The notes under the pieces: model-generated
Seen by the model: the letters and a program-made list of their open reading frames with translations, nothing else
The model's database searches: none
Told to the model about the DNA's origin: nothing
Source: Octopus sinensis
Taxonomy: Eukaryota
Assembly (NCBI RefSeq): GCF_006345805.1
Contig: NC_043005.1
Location: forward strand, 54,002,001 to 54,066,000
Direction: 5' to 3'
DNA: 64,000 bases
Made by a program: the position numbers and the translations under genes
Part shown: positions 49,655 through 62,282 of the stretch, piece by piece
Layout of the letters: each line of letters starts with the position of its first letter
Position numbering within the stretch: position 1 is the first letter of the stretch

Positions 49655-50246
49655 AAAACATTACTCATAGAGTATACAAGAAAAGACATGACAACCTAGG
49701 GAGAGTAACCCACTGGGAGTTATGTAGAAAGATAGGATTTGAACATACTGATAAATGGTACGAACATGAACCTAGTAAAGTACTAGAATGTAAGAAATAG
49801 AAGTTATTGTGGGACTTTAACATTCAGACTGGCAGAGTAATAGAAGCTAGAAGGCCTGATTTAGCAGTAGTAGATAAAGAGAATATAAAGTGCCAGGTAA
49901 TTGACTTTACAGTCCCAAATGATGAAAAAAAATCAATATGAGAGGTATAAAATAATAGCAAAGTACCAGGACCTAGCCATTGAATTGCAGAGACCATGGA
50001 AAGTGCAGGTAAAAATGTATCCCAGTAGTTATAGGTGCAATGGAAACTATAGCTAAAGATTTGAACAGATGGTTACAGGAAATAGGTTTTTAACCTCTTG
50101 ATATGAGATCACCATGTCGTGCACATATGGTTGTGATGCATATGCCTGGTGTACCCTTATCAGACAGGTAGTCATGATGGGTATTCTGGGCTTTGTATAT
50201 TATTTACCCCAGTATCACTTTGATGGCATGCTCTGCTCTCTAACTC

Positions 50247-50308
<62 letters not shown>
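49655..50308 (+). mobile_element. R4/Dong-like LINE RLE fragment with 3' tail and (TAA)n
   Basis: YKKRHDNLGRVTHWELCRKIGFEHTDKWYEHEPSKVLE..LLWDFNIQTGRVIEARRPDLAVVDKE..CQVIDFTVP..KYQDLAIELQR.W..PVVIGAM. Classic RLE motifs. Confidence 0.9.
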
Positions 50309-50310
<2 letters not shown>

Positions 50311-50700
50311 CCAGCGCCGCCTCGACTGGCTTCCGTGTCGTTGGCACATAAAAAGCACCTTCCGAATCATAGCCGAAGCCAGTGCCGCCTTGACTGGCTT
50401 CCATAAAATGCACCATCCGAATTGTGGCCGATGCCAGTGCTGCCTCGACTGGCTTCCATAAAATGCACCAATCCGATCGTGGCCGATGCCAGCCTCGCCT
50501 GGCACCAGTGCAGGTGGCACGTAAAAAGCACCCACTACACTCACGGAGTGGTTGGCGTTATGAAGGCATCCAGCTGTAGAAACTTTGCCAGATAAGACCG
50601 GAGCCTGGTGCAGCCTTCTGGCTTCCCAGATCCCCGGTCGAACCGTCCAACCCATGCTAGCATGGAGAACGGACGTTAAACGATGATGATGATGATGAGG
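50309..50700 (+). mobile_element. Retroposon family D, 5'-truncated, in the (TAA)n tail
   Basis: GACTGGCTTCC..AAAA.GCACC units and a (GAT)n tail. Confidence 0.85.
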
Positions 50701-51299
50701 ATGAATGATAATCTGTATTTATGCTCTTGAAGAAGCATAATCATCACAATATCTCACATCTTCATAACTTTGAAGTTCTATATAAAAAAAATTTAATTCT
50801 TTCAAAACCTAATGAAATTTTTGAGATCATCATACCTCACATGATCCACTGAATCAGAAATGTAGATGAACATCTATGACTAGTGTATTGCAGCTTAACA
50901 GAATTTACTCCTTTCTCAGGAATATCAACTGGATAGATTTATTTCAACATACTTGTTAATTTCATTGTTTTCTGTATTTACCTCAACAAGTTGTTCTTGA
51001 CTTGTAGATCCAGTTTTAGATCAGAACAGCTCCAATTGAATTCTAATGTCTTGAACACATACAATGTGATGCAAACTTTCCACTTAATGTCTGACATTTT
51101 GTTTACTTAGATGTCATCACCAAAGCTTAATTCTAGCTTCTATACCATTTAACGATTAGTAATCGACAATTCTACTTAATCATTTATTATTTTTTTTTCA
51201 TTGTAACATGAATATATTCTGGAATATTTATATAAAAAACATTGGATAATAGCTATTTCTTCTTTTATTAATAATTCTTATGTATTATTATATATGAGA

Positions 51300-51560
51300 G
51301 TGGAGGCATGTGGCTTAGTGGTTAGGGTGTCAGCATCATGATTGTAAGATTATGGTTTCGATTCCTGGACCGGGCAACGCGTTGTGTTCTTGAGCAAAAC
51401 ATTTCATTTCATGTTGCTCCAGTTCTCTCAGCTGGCAAAAATGGGTAATGCTGCAATGGACTGGTGTCCCATCCAGCTGGGGAACACATACGCCATTGAA
51501 ACTGGGATCCCAGGTTCATGAGCCTGGGTAGGCTTTAAAAAGGGTGCATTTATTTTTTTT
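51300..51560 (+). mobile_element. SINE family C, full length
   Basis: TGGCTTAGTGG box A, GGTTTCGATTCC box B, CTGCAATGGACTGGTGTCCCATCCAG segment, GGGTGCATTTATTT tail. Confidence 0.9.
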
Positions 51561-51568
51561 ATTATATA

Positions 51569-51783
51569 TGAGGGGTTGCTGAGAAGTTCCTGGCTTTAAG
51601 AGTATCACAAAGGCCTGGTCGAAGGCCCAACTTTCAGAGTTCTTTTACAAGGCCTAGTAAAACTGAAGGCCTGCTGCAATAAGTGTTTGTATCTGAGAAG
51701 GGAATATGGTGAATAAAATCATAATCAACTGATTCTCTAGTATTTTCTTTTACTCAAAGCCAAAAACTCTTCAGAACCCCCCA
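51569..51783. mobile_element. Mariner-like MITE, second copy
   Basis: TA + TGAGGGGTTGCTGAGAAGTTCCTGGCTTT ... AAAGCCAAAAACTCTTCAGAACCCC. Body is the reverse complement of 10169-10384. Confidence 0.78.
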
Positions 51784-52424
51784 CCCCACCCATTGTACTT
51801 AGTGCATGCTATTATATTCATGATTTGTTTATGAATAAATTGAGTATTGATTCCTGTACCAACTGTAATTAAACTTGATGTATCTCGGGGAGTGTAGATC
51901 AATTTTGGTTTATTATTATTAAGTATATATTTTATTTTTGTAATAGGCAGAAGTTACAAAATTACTCAAAGGCCAAAAGTTTCATACATAACACTTATAA
52001 AAGTTTCATACAAGCCAAATATAAATAATAAAATAGATGCATATATTCTTGTTCTGAATTTAATCTATTCTGTTTGTACTAACTATTATATTTACAGGAC
52101 ATTTCTAAGCTACAACTAACTTACATTTCTCCAAGAAGTATAACATAGCTAAAGAAACATTCATCAGTTTTAGAGCACAGTGAACAACAATAACGATTAT
52201 AAACTAACAGAGTGGTTAGAGACATTAGGTAGAATGTCTTGCAGTATTTGTTCTGGATCACTGTGCTGTGAGTTCAAATCCAGCCAAAGTCACCTTTACT
52301 TTTCATTTTTTAGGATCCAGGGTGGTGGATTGTTTTAACTCTTTGAGCATTGGATGGGATAACTAGCAGTATCTTTTCAAACTCTTTGCAATGACACTGC
52401 TACCTAACTATATTGGTCTTTCAG

Positions 52425-52474
52425 TTACACTGGACATCGTTGGTTGAACATAGAGAAGGGACTTGCATGCACGA
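52425..52474 (+). CDS. Candidate 50-nt exon (unverified)
   Basis: CTAAC branch-like motif, TATTGGTCTTTCAG acceptor, GA|GTAACT donor. Open as YTGHRWLNIEKGLACT or LHWTSLVEHREGTCMH. Confidence 0.25.
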
Positions 52475-54389
52475 GTAACTGTTAATATTTCCACACATGT
52501 ACACAAGATATAAACAAAAAAACTTGCTTAGGTTTGCACCATGGAAAAATGCTTCAATTCTCATAATATTTTGTTTAGATATAGCAAGTAACAATATTTT
52601 GTCAATCCAAGGGAAAGTAGAGAGAGGAAGGATGACGGCATGAATTAGAAGATTCTAGACTAGAATCTTCTATGGATCCAATAGCACAATATGCAGGTCA
52701 TATAAACTTTATTTTTAATGTCAGCACTCAAATTTAGGTTGTTGATAATTACACCAAAGTCACTAATATCCCAGGGACAGAAATCCATTATCAACCATAA
52801 ACAAAGGCGGCCCTATGTAGAGCTAGAACACCATGAGGGACCAACTTACATCTACCAAGTTTATTTGCATTTTTACAGTGTCAGCATTAGACACAGTAAA
52901 ATTTCAATACTCACAAGATATGAGCTACTGATTCCTCACCATGTTGTCTGTTTATACCCCCACTGACTCAACTTCTGCTGCTCCAGTGTTTTATAGCTAA
53001 TTAAGAAATCAATAAATAGCCTGAAAATAGGACTTTGTCAGAGCTGTTAAGTTGACTTGTTCTATCTGTCTGCTAATATTTGTCATTGCTAACCTAAACA
53101 TAATTGAAAATAAACTCACTCATGAATTGTCATCTGCAGAAGACTTGTAGAAATTACTTTCAAAACATTAGTTACCATTATTGCTCTCAAAGTGCTTATA
53201 ATATTTTTCTTTTACATTTTAACACCAATTTAATACATTTTAGGAATATTCTAACATGATAGCTTTTTTTATGTAGTTTTATTGTAAACTCATAATGTAT
53301 AATACCAAATGTATAAACGATTTTTCTATTACATTTCATTTTAACTCTTTATGTCTATGAGTCATTATCAACTATTAAAACATTAGTTCACCAATAATGC
53401 AATATGTGTGTGATATACATATATGTGTATACACTCACATGTATATAATTTGTATAGTATATATACACACATGTATCTAATTTATATAAAATATATATAT
53501 ATACATATATACACACATTTGTATATAAATATTCACATATTCTCATGTTTATATATATATTTATATATGCATGTATGTGTACATATATATATAATGTACA
53601 TACATATAAACATATACACAAACACACATATATATATATAAATATGCAAACACAAATGTATATGTACATATACATATATATTCATATGTATATACATATA
53701 TATTTATATATACATATACATATGCATATGTATATATGCATGCACAAATACACACACAAATATATACACATGTCTATATATATGTATATATATATATGTA
53801 CATATATGCATATATACATAAATATACTCACACTCACACACACATATATGCAGATATATCGATACATTTGCATATGTGTATGTATGTGTGTAAGTAAGTA
53901 TGTATTAAAAAAAAATACAGCACTTTTTTTAAATCACAAATTTTATGAAATAAACTAATAGCATTCTGCCAATCCTAGTAGCAAATAAATTATATTTTGT
54001 TTTCAATCTATTAGAGGTAGCCTAACATTTTGTTTTTTAGCTTTTTTTATTATTTAACAGATTTTTCACTTAACTCATTGCTTGTGGCTTAAATTAACAT
54101 TTTAACTATTGGTTATTTTAATTCATTAGCTGCAACTAATCTGTCTGATAAGTGGTGCCTGTTCTTACATAGGACCCATCATCTCCATCCCCCAATTTTT
54201 CCTCCTTATATATTAGCAGACAATACTTTTACTTCCTCTATCTTGGAGTTTCTGAACTCCATCTTCTCAGTTCACCTAGTAACTCTGCTCTTCTTCAGAA
54301 TTCTGAAATTACCTACAGATATTTGATAATCCATCTGTCTACATTGAGGACAACTGTCTGAATTCTCTATGGAGTCATCATACCTGGTT

Positions 54390-54635
54390 GTGGAGGCACT
54401 TGGCTTAATGGTTAAAGTGTTGGATTCATAATCCTAAGATTGTTGTTTCAGTTCCTGTACTGGGTAACACATTATGCTCTGCAAGCAAAGCAATATATTT
54501 CACATTGCTCCAGTCCAATCAGCTGGCAAACACAAATAATCCTGTGATGAACTAGTGTCACATCCAGTGAGAGAAAATATGGGCCACAGAAACCAGGAAA
54601 CCAGCCCTACATGTCTATATGATTAGGGAAGGACC
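54390..54635 (+). mobile_element. SINE family C (diverged)
   Basis: GTGGAGGCACTTGGCTTAATGG...TTGCTCCAGTCCAATCAGCTGGCAAA. Confidence 0.75.
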
Positions 54636-55001
54636 TTTATCATATCCATTATACATGGTTAAATTAATGCAGTAGCTCACAACCTTTTGTAGATCAGTAC
54701 CTTTCCGTCTCCCTAAATGGCATTTTATAAATATCATTCCCCCTCCATACCTGCAACCCTACATGATTGGGAGCCAAACTTCTTAATCATTCAGTCATCT
54801 CTGCACCTACACATATCCCGTATCTTTTATTACTTACTTCTTTCAGTCAGTGTACTGTGGCCATGCTGGGGCACTGCCTTGAAGGGCTGAGTAAAAAAAA
54901 TTGATCCCAGTACTTATTTTAAAGCCGGATACATATTCTATCAATCGTGCACGTGCACACACACACACACACATATATATACACATATATACATACATAT
55001 A

Positions 55002-55570
55002 CAGGGTGTTTGGACTAAATTTGACAGGTTGCATAAGAGGAAAGGAAAACAATATCCCATCCAAATGTAAAAGTATTTAAAAATATTGAAAAATATCACC
55101 TAGATTATGGCTGGGAGATAACAGATTACTCAAAGTAGCCACCATCAGCATCCAGTATAGCCTCAAGATAACTCCAGAACCTGCCTTCCTCACTATGTAC
55201 CTGGGAAGAACCTTGAACACCTCCTTGATCCTGAGCACCAACTCAGCCTTGATGTTGTAGGCAGAGTAGTTGGTGTCTTTCTTAACCATGCCCCACACAC
55301 GGAAATCCATGAGATAACAATCAGAGGGATTGAGAGGCTAGGAATTTGGGCAGGTGAAGTCATAGAAATTCTCCAACAAATACTTCTGACCCTTTCCAGA
55401 AGTATGCCAAAAAGCCTAATCCTTCTACCTCACATGTGGCCTTTCAGCTGCAACCATCTCCAACCAGAGATAAACTACAGCCTCCAGCAACTTCACATGG
55501 CCATTTGAATTGAGCCTGAGGCTCTAATCATAAGTTGTTGGATGAATTCTAATGTGTGGACACAGTCAGA
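55002..55570 (-). mobile_element. Second DD37D (maT-like) relic, one TIR plus transposase C-terminus
   Basis: TA + CAGGGTGTTTGGACTAAATTTGACA TIR (55002-55026). MDFRVWGMVKKDTNYSAYNIKAELVLRIKEVFKVLPR is collinear with the 894-1953 copy. Confidence 0.85.
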
Positions 55571-55748
55571 ACACCTGTCAAGACTTAGTGGTTTGGTAAA
55601 AGAGACTGACTAAATAAATACTCGGCATAAATTTTTTTTTTTAAATAAGTACTGGGGTTAATTCATTGGTCTAAAATATTTTCAAGGTGGTGCTGCTGAA
55701 TGGACACAATTTGATGACTGAAAAAAATGAAAGATAAAAGATATATAT

Positions 55749-56150
55749 AGGTGCAGAAGTGGCTGTGTGGTTAGAAGATTGCTTCCCAACCATATAGTTC
55801 CAGGTTCGGTCTCACTGCATGGCACCTTGGGCAAGTGTCTTCTACTATAGCCTTGGGTCAACCAAGGCCTTGCTAGTGGATTTGGTAGAAGGAAACTGAA
55901 AGAAGCCTGCTGTATAGGTATATGTATATACCTGCTGTGTGTGTGTCTATGTCTGTTTGTCCCCCACTGCTGCTTAACAACTGGTGCTAGTGTGTTTATA
56001 TCCCCGTAACTTAGAGGTTCAGCAAAAGAGACTGATAGAATAAGTACCAGGCTTAAAATAAAATTCCTGGGGTTGATTTGTTTGACTAAAACACTTCAAG
56101 ACGTTGCCTCTGCATAGCCACAGTCAAACGATTGAAATAAGTAAAAAAAA
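55749..56150 (+). mobile_element. SINE family B, full length
   Basis: Head, microsatellite and tail. Confidence 0.88.
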
Positions 56151-56648
56151 AAAATAAAAAATAAAATATGTATGTATGTATGTATATACGTATGTATGTA
56201 TGTATACATATTCATATTTACAATTCTCAAGATATCAACTGCTGTCATTTATTTCACTGCATGTTTAATGAGAAGAAATGCCATATTTTAATAATCTTGA
56301 ATGTTTGAAATTCTGTGTTATAAAGCAAAGTAAGACTTTTGACTTTAGTAATTAAACTGTCATCCAAAAGAAGCTTGGGTGACATTTGATGTCAGTCTAT
56401 ATCAAATGTTCTTTTCTTATTTATGCTGACAGAATTAGTAAAAAAATATGAAAGTGAATGATTTCCTAGTGTAAAGTATAGCACTAAATTAGAAACTGTT
56501 TCGTTTTTTCATATATATATATATATTTTTTTCTTTTTCACATTTTGTTAACTGGATATTTATAATGCAAAAATCACTGACATAAGCAAGTAGTAAAGTA
56601 GTGTATTTTTAAAAAGAAATCACCGCAATGCATATATTATACATGAAT

Positions 56649-56698
<50 letters not shown>

Positions 56699-56702
56699 TA
56701 TT

Positions 56703-56927
56703 TATTCTTTTATTTGTTTCAGTCATTTCACTGCGGCCATGCTGGAGTACCACCTTTAGTCGAGCAAATCGACCCCAGGACTTATTCTTTCTAAGCTTAG
56801 TACTTTTTCTATCGGTTCTTTTTGCTGAACTGCTAAGTTACAGTGACATAACACACCAGCATCAGTTGTCAAGCCATGCTGGGGAGACAAACACAGATAC
56901 ACAACATATACACATATATATATATAT

Positions 56928-56999
<72 letters not shown>

Positions 57000-57162
57000 G
57001 ACGGGCTTCTTTCAGTTTCTGTCTACCAAATCCACTCACAAGGCTTTGGTCGGCCTGAGGCTATAGTAGAAGACACTTGCCCAAGGTGCAGCACAGTCGG
57101 ACTAAACCCAGAACCATGTGGTTGGTAAGCAAGTTACTTATCACACAGCCACTCCTGTGCCT
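56703..57162 (-). mobile_element. SINE family B, full length, with expanded internal (AT)n
   Basis: Tail, about 90-bp (AT)n and head in reverse orientation. Confidence 0.92.
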
Positions 57163-57191
57163 ATGTATGTTTATATATATATGAATATATC

Positions 57192-58120
57192 ATTATCATC
57201 CTTCTTTTATGTCCATTTTCCATGCTGGCATGGGTTGAAAACTGGTAAACTGAGGAGTTCCACCGGGTCCCAGTCTTATTTGGCATGGTTTCAATGGCTG
57301 AATGCCCTTCCTAATACCAAACTCTCCAAGAGAGTAGTGGGTGCTTTTTACATGCCACCAGCATGGGTGCCAGTTATGTAACACCAGCATCAGCCACAAC
57401 TATGCACAGTGTATCACAAACGATGTCAGTCACTTGCCACTGCCTCTGTGAGGCCCAACATTCAAAGGGTGCTTTCACATGCCACCAACAACCGTGTTTG
57501 TTCCTTCTCGAGTAATGTCTGGCTCATAAGGGCCAGTTTCCTTGTTTCCTTGGCGTACAGGTTCCCCACCTGGACGGGACGCCAGTCTGGCGCAGGTGAG
57601 CTGCAAGATGCAGGAGGAAAGAGTGAGAGTAAGTTGTGGCGAAAGAGTCAGCAGAACTTTGCCATTATCTTCTGCTGGAGCCACATGGAGCTTAGGTGTT
57701 TCGCTCATTAACACACACATCACCCGGTCTGAGATTCGAATCCACGATCCCTCGACCATGAGTCCACTACTCTAACCACTAGGCCATGTGCCTCCATGGC
57801 ATCAACCATGACTATGATCTCACTTGGCTTGACAGGTCTTGTCAAGCACAGTATATTGCCAAAGGTTTCTGTCAAGCACAGCATATTGCCAAAAGCTTCT
57901 GTGAGGGCCAACATTCGAAGGGTACTTTTTATGTGCCACCAGCATGGGTACCATTTACATAACACTGACATCGTTTATGACTACGATTTCACTTGGCTTG
58001 ACAGGTCTTCTCAAGCATGGCATACCACCTAATGTTTGAAGTGTGCTTTTTACGTGCCACCAGCATGGGTGCCTGTTATGCAACACTGGCAGTGGCCATG
58101 AGTACGATATCACTTGCCTT
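57192..58120 (-). mobile_element. Retroposon family D with nested SINE E (about 57493-57796)
   Basis: (CAT)n + CCATGCTGGCATGGGTTG tail. Repeated GATTTCACTTGGCTTGACAGGTC units at about 57815, 57985 and 58105. Confidence 0.8.
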
Positions 58121-58513
58121 AACGTGATATCCAAGTAAAGATATAGCTATATTACACTAAAACTCAAAAAGTTTTTCTGCTTTTCTGTCATTTGATTAAG
58201 ATGATTAAGACTACAAATAAATTTTCTCTCTTTAAGAAAAAGAAAATGAAAATGTCGACACTTCAAAGAGTTGTCGTAGTTACCGCGATCTGTCCTTTTT
58301 CATTACTTTCTTTTTTCTTCTCTTAATTATTTGTACAACTTTCAAGTGATAGAAATTCTCCCTATATTTTTATGAGATATTTTTTGGAATCATGGGTACT
58401 TGATTATTTTTTTCCTTTTAAAGGGGAAAATTATCAATTTATTTAAAATAAAATATTAATCGAAATAGTATTATTTCTAAATCTCTATGAGAGAGACATA
58501 CATGTAACATTTC

Positions 58514-58677
58514 TTTAAAGTTAAATTTAATTGCCAACATAATATGGCTGTCCTGGAAGGGACGTTGTTACTGTTTATTAGCCACAAGAAACATCGATGT
58601 TTCTTATGGCTAATAAACAGTAACAACGTCCCTCCCAGGACAGCCATATTATGTTGGCAATTAAATTTAACTTTAAA
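58514..58677. repeat. 164-bp spacer-less palindrome
   Basis: Two 82-bp arms centred on ACATC|GATGT (58595/58596) with only 2 mismatched pairs. Confidence 0.97.
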
Positions 58678-58789
58678 ATATTCATCTTTATCCTCTTAGT
58701 CAAAAAGCAGAAAAATAGACAGTGTGACTATCTCTTTATTGACAAAGATGAGTTGCAATGGGAAGAGTTGAATCTGATAAACATGGAAA

Positions 58790-58960
58790 AACAAACAACA
58801 GTAAATGGGTTGTGCCTTATAATGAAGTACTTTTAAAAGCATTCAAATGCCACAGCAACGTTGAAGTCATTGCCTCAGTGAGGTCAGTTGAGTACGTCAT
58901 CAAGTACATGCTGAAAGGAAATGACCAAGCTGCTGTTCAAATAAACAATGATAACAAAAT
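58790..58960 (+). mobile_element. Helitron Rep/helicase fragment
   Basis: KWVVPYNEVLLKAFKCHSNVEVIASVRSVEYVIKYMLKGNDQA matches the Helitron motif WVVPYNxxLLxxFxxHINVExxxSxxSxKYxxKYxxKGxD. Confidence 0.88.
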
Positions 58961-58985
58961 TAGTCCATGTCAAGTCATACTGCAT

Positions 58986-59156
58986 TTAAAGTATTCTCAG
59001 AGCATTGAACAGCAGTAATGAGGTCAGCATTTTGATATCAGGTGTAAAATCATCAGATAGCTGTTTCCCAATATTCCAGGCCTCCATGTCAGCTAACTTT
59101 TTCTCAACTACAGCCTTAATCCTTATGCTCTCTAACACTAATACATCAAGCTGTTC
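58986..59156 (-). CDS. Candidate host exon, 56 codons, product unknown
   Basis: TTTATATCTCCTTTTCAG acceptor, then EQLDVLVLESIRIKAVVEKKLADMEAWNIGKQLSDDFTPDIKMLTSLLLFNALRIL*. Non-repetitive, with protein-like composition. Confidence 0.4.
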   Translation of the reverse strand, partial: EQLDVLVLESIRIKAVVEKKLADMEAWNIGKQLSDDFTPDIKMLTSLLLFNALRIL

Positions 59157-59430
59157 CTGAAAAGGAGATATAAAACACCTTGTACACACACAGGCACAAG
59201 CACACGTGCACACACACACAATTGTTTTCTGTTCTTCAGTATAGCTTCTACCAAATTTCGCTTAACAGATATGATCAAGATTAGGATATAGTTGAAGAGA
59301 GATCAGTGCATAGGATACAACACAAGAAGACCAAATCCAGAAACTTATAGTTGTGAAGCTACTTTTTTACCTAACAGCTACATCTATATCTTCCTCTCTC
59401 TAGCTCTCTCTCTCTTTCTCCATATATATA

Positions 59431-59461
<31 letters not shown>

Positions 59462-59543
59462 AACACACATTTACATACAAACACACACACACATATGTAT
59501 ATATACTTATACATATGTATATATGTATATACATATATATATA

Positions 59544-59582
<39 letters not shown>

Positions 59583-60289
59583 TGCATGTGTGTATATATA
59601 TATATATATATAAATGCATGTGTATATATATATATATATATTTAACTTGATTTGTAGCAAATAAACCATTGGCCACAGTTCTACTTTGTTGCATATTAGT
59701 CCAGTTAATGAAATTTACTATTCAAACTAACTGCTTTATTAAATTTAATTGCAATCAGCAAGAAATAAATCAAGTTCATTATAAATGAAAATTGTAACTG
59801 TAATTATATTTTTAATTTAATAACCCAGAAATTTTTTTTTGCCATGTTTTAAATTCAATTTGTCATTTTCTGCACCTCTTAAAACAGGTTCAATGCTGAG
59901 TATAATGTTTAATATTTGCACTTTGAATGTGAGAACGTCCTCCACAAAAGTAAATGAGGTTACTGTCTCTTTTCGTTTATAAGAACATATAACATCTTAT
60001 TAATGAGATAAGAACTAAAGGTAATAAATATTTTGTGAAAGTAGGAAGACATGTAATGTGAACGGTGCTAATTTTGGTAAGAATTAGTTGATTGTTGCAC
60101 TGCACGCTGTGATTCTACAGATGTAAATGTTGTGCTAAATTAGATGATAGGAAATAATAATGAATGAAATTAATGAGAGATAGTCTCTAAATAGTTCTTT
60201 GACATGCTAGAAATAGCATCCAAATATCCCTGAAACTACTTCCTATTTTCAGAAAGCAAAAAGAACATATTGAATAATGTGATTTCACA

Positions 60290-60505
60290 TATTGGTTTCA
60301 AATTTTGGCATAAGGCCAGCATGTTCGAGAGGAGTAGGGAAATCCATTGCATCAGCCCCAGGGCTCAGCTAGTACTTATTTTATCAACTCTAAAAGGATG
60401 AAAGGCAAAGGTGACCCCGGCAGAATATGAACTCAGAACATAAAGACAAACAAAATGCTACTGAGCATTTCACCTAGCATGCTAATGATTCTGCCAGCTC
60501 ACTGC
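60290..60505 (-). mobile_element. SINE family A (older)
   Basis: GGATGAAAGGCAAAGG.GACC.CGGCAGAAT.TGAACTCAGAAC...CTGCCAGCTC. Confidence 0.8.
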
Positions 60506-60759
60506 CTTACTAGACTGAAATATTAGCCTTATGCCTGTTGGGTTCCTTTTTTTAACTCTTTATATCCAATTTTCCCATGTTAGCATGATTTAGAAAAAAT
60601 TGTGATAGTAGTATTCTATGACTTAGGTAATCTTCCTCTTACCAATCTCTGTTTTATGTAAACTTGTTATTCATTTAGCTAAGCCCATGATGAACTCCAA
60701 AATGGCTTGTGATATTGGGATTTGTTTATTTTTTCATTCTAGGCTTAAACAATAATACC

Positions 60760-61090
60760 ACATTAACCCCAGTGCATAACTGGTAGGTACTTCATTGACC
60801 CTGAATGGATGAAAGTGACAAAGCTCACTTTGGCAGAATTTGAACTCAGAACAAAAAGCCAGAAGAAATGCCTATTTCTTTTCTACCCACAAGGGGCTAA
60901 ACACAGAGGGAACAAACGGATTAAGTCGATTATATAGACCCCAGTGCGTAACTGGTACTTATGTTATCGACCCAAAAAGGATGAAAGGCAAATTCGACCT
61001 TGGCGGAATTTGAACTCAGAACAAAATGCCAGAAGAAACGCCATTAATCATTTTGTCCAGTATGCTAATGATTCTGCCAGTATGCTGTCT
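60760..61090 (-). mobile_element. SINE family A dimer or nested pair
   Basis: Two GAATTTGAACTCAGAAC units. Junction GAAATGCC|TATTTCTTT at about 60872. Confidence 0.8.
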
Positions 61091-61899
61091 CTGACATGCT
61101 AAATATGAATAACAAAATATAACTTTCCCTTTTATGGGGTGTTTCAGAGCATCAGAATAAAACAATAGATAAGTGATTTCTATAAGAAATGTGGCAACAC
61201 GACTGAAGTAATCAATGGCCCCCCCAAAATAAACTGAAGCAACATACTTTTAAGTGCTGGTAAGTTGATATACGAATAAGGCTAAAGCAATTATTTAAAA
61301 GAACAGAATTTACATATTGCAATGAATATTTATTAGTATACATACTTACTCACTTAGAGAATTCTTTGAAAAAAATTTTTCTCTATTTTGGGTTTTGGAT
61401 ATCAGAGAATATGTTTTCCTAATTGAGTAATTATTCATTATATTCTTTCCGGTGAAGAAATTAAAGCAGAGTTTTTAGTAGAGAGAAGAGGTAATTCTCT
61501 AAAAATATATTTCTTGTTTGTATTCTCAGACACGGTTATGGTTTCTCGGCATCATGTCAGTCATTTTTGCTTCACTTGATAGCCACGTAAATTCTACAGT
61601 TTAGTTATTCCATTTCATTTGATTTAATTTTATTTCAATGCAATGCCAAGAACCCAAATACTGTTATGTTACAGTTTCAGTAGCATAATTTTAATAAAAT
61701 AATTCAGAAATACAAACAAGATAAAGTTTGGTTCATATTAAATGACCCATATAAAATATATATATATCACAGACTAGAAGAATACACCCTTGGAAACAAA
61801 ATTAAAAGAAAAAAGTATAATTCCTTTTGATTTCTCTTTAGGCATCACTTTGGTATTAAACTAGATGCTAGGTGCCCCAGTTAAATACTTTAATGAAAT

Positions 61900-62016
61900 G
61901 AAATGCTAGTATACATGTGTATATACATATATATATGTGTGTGTGTATGAATGATTAACCACGTATGTAACTAAAGAATGTGACCTATACATGCACATGC
62001 ACACACAGACACACCC

Positions 62017-62059
<43 letters not shown>

Positions 62060-62244
62060 TAATATATATATACATATATACATACATAATATACATGTAT
62101 ATTATATTATATTTCTAATGTATTATTTATATAAATAATATATATATATTATATATCTATACACATGTATATATATATATATATATATACATATATACAT
62201 ACATATATACATGTATATTATATTATATTTCTAAATGTATTATT

Positions 62245-62282
<38 letters not shown>

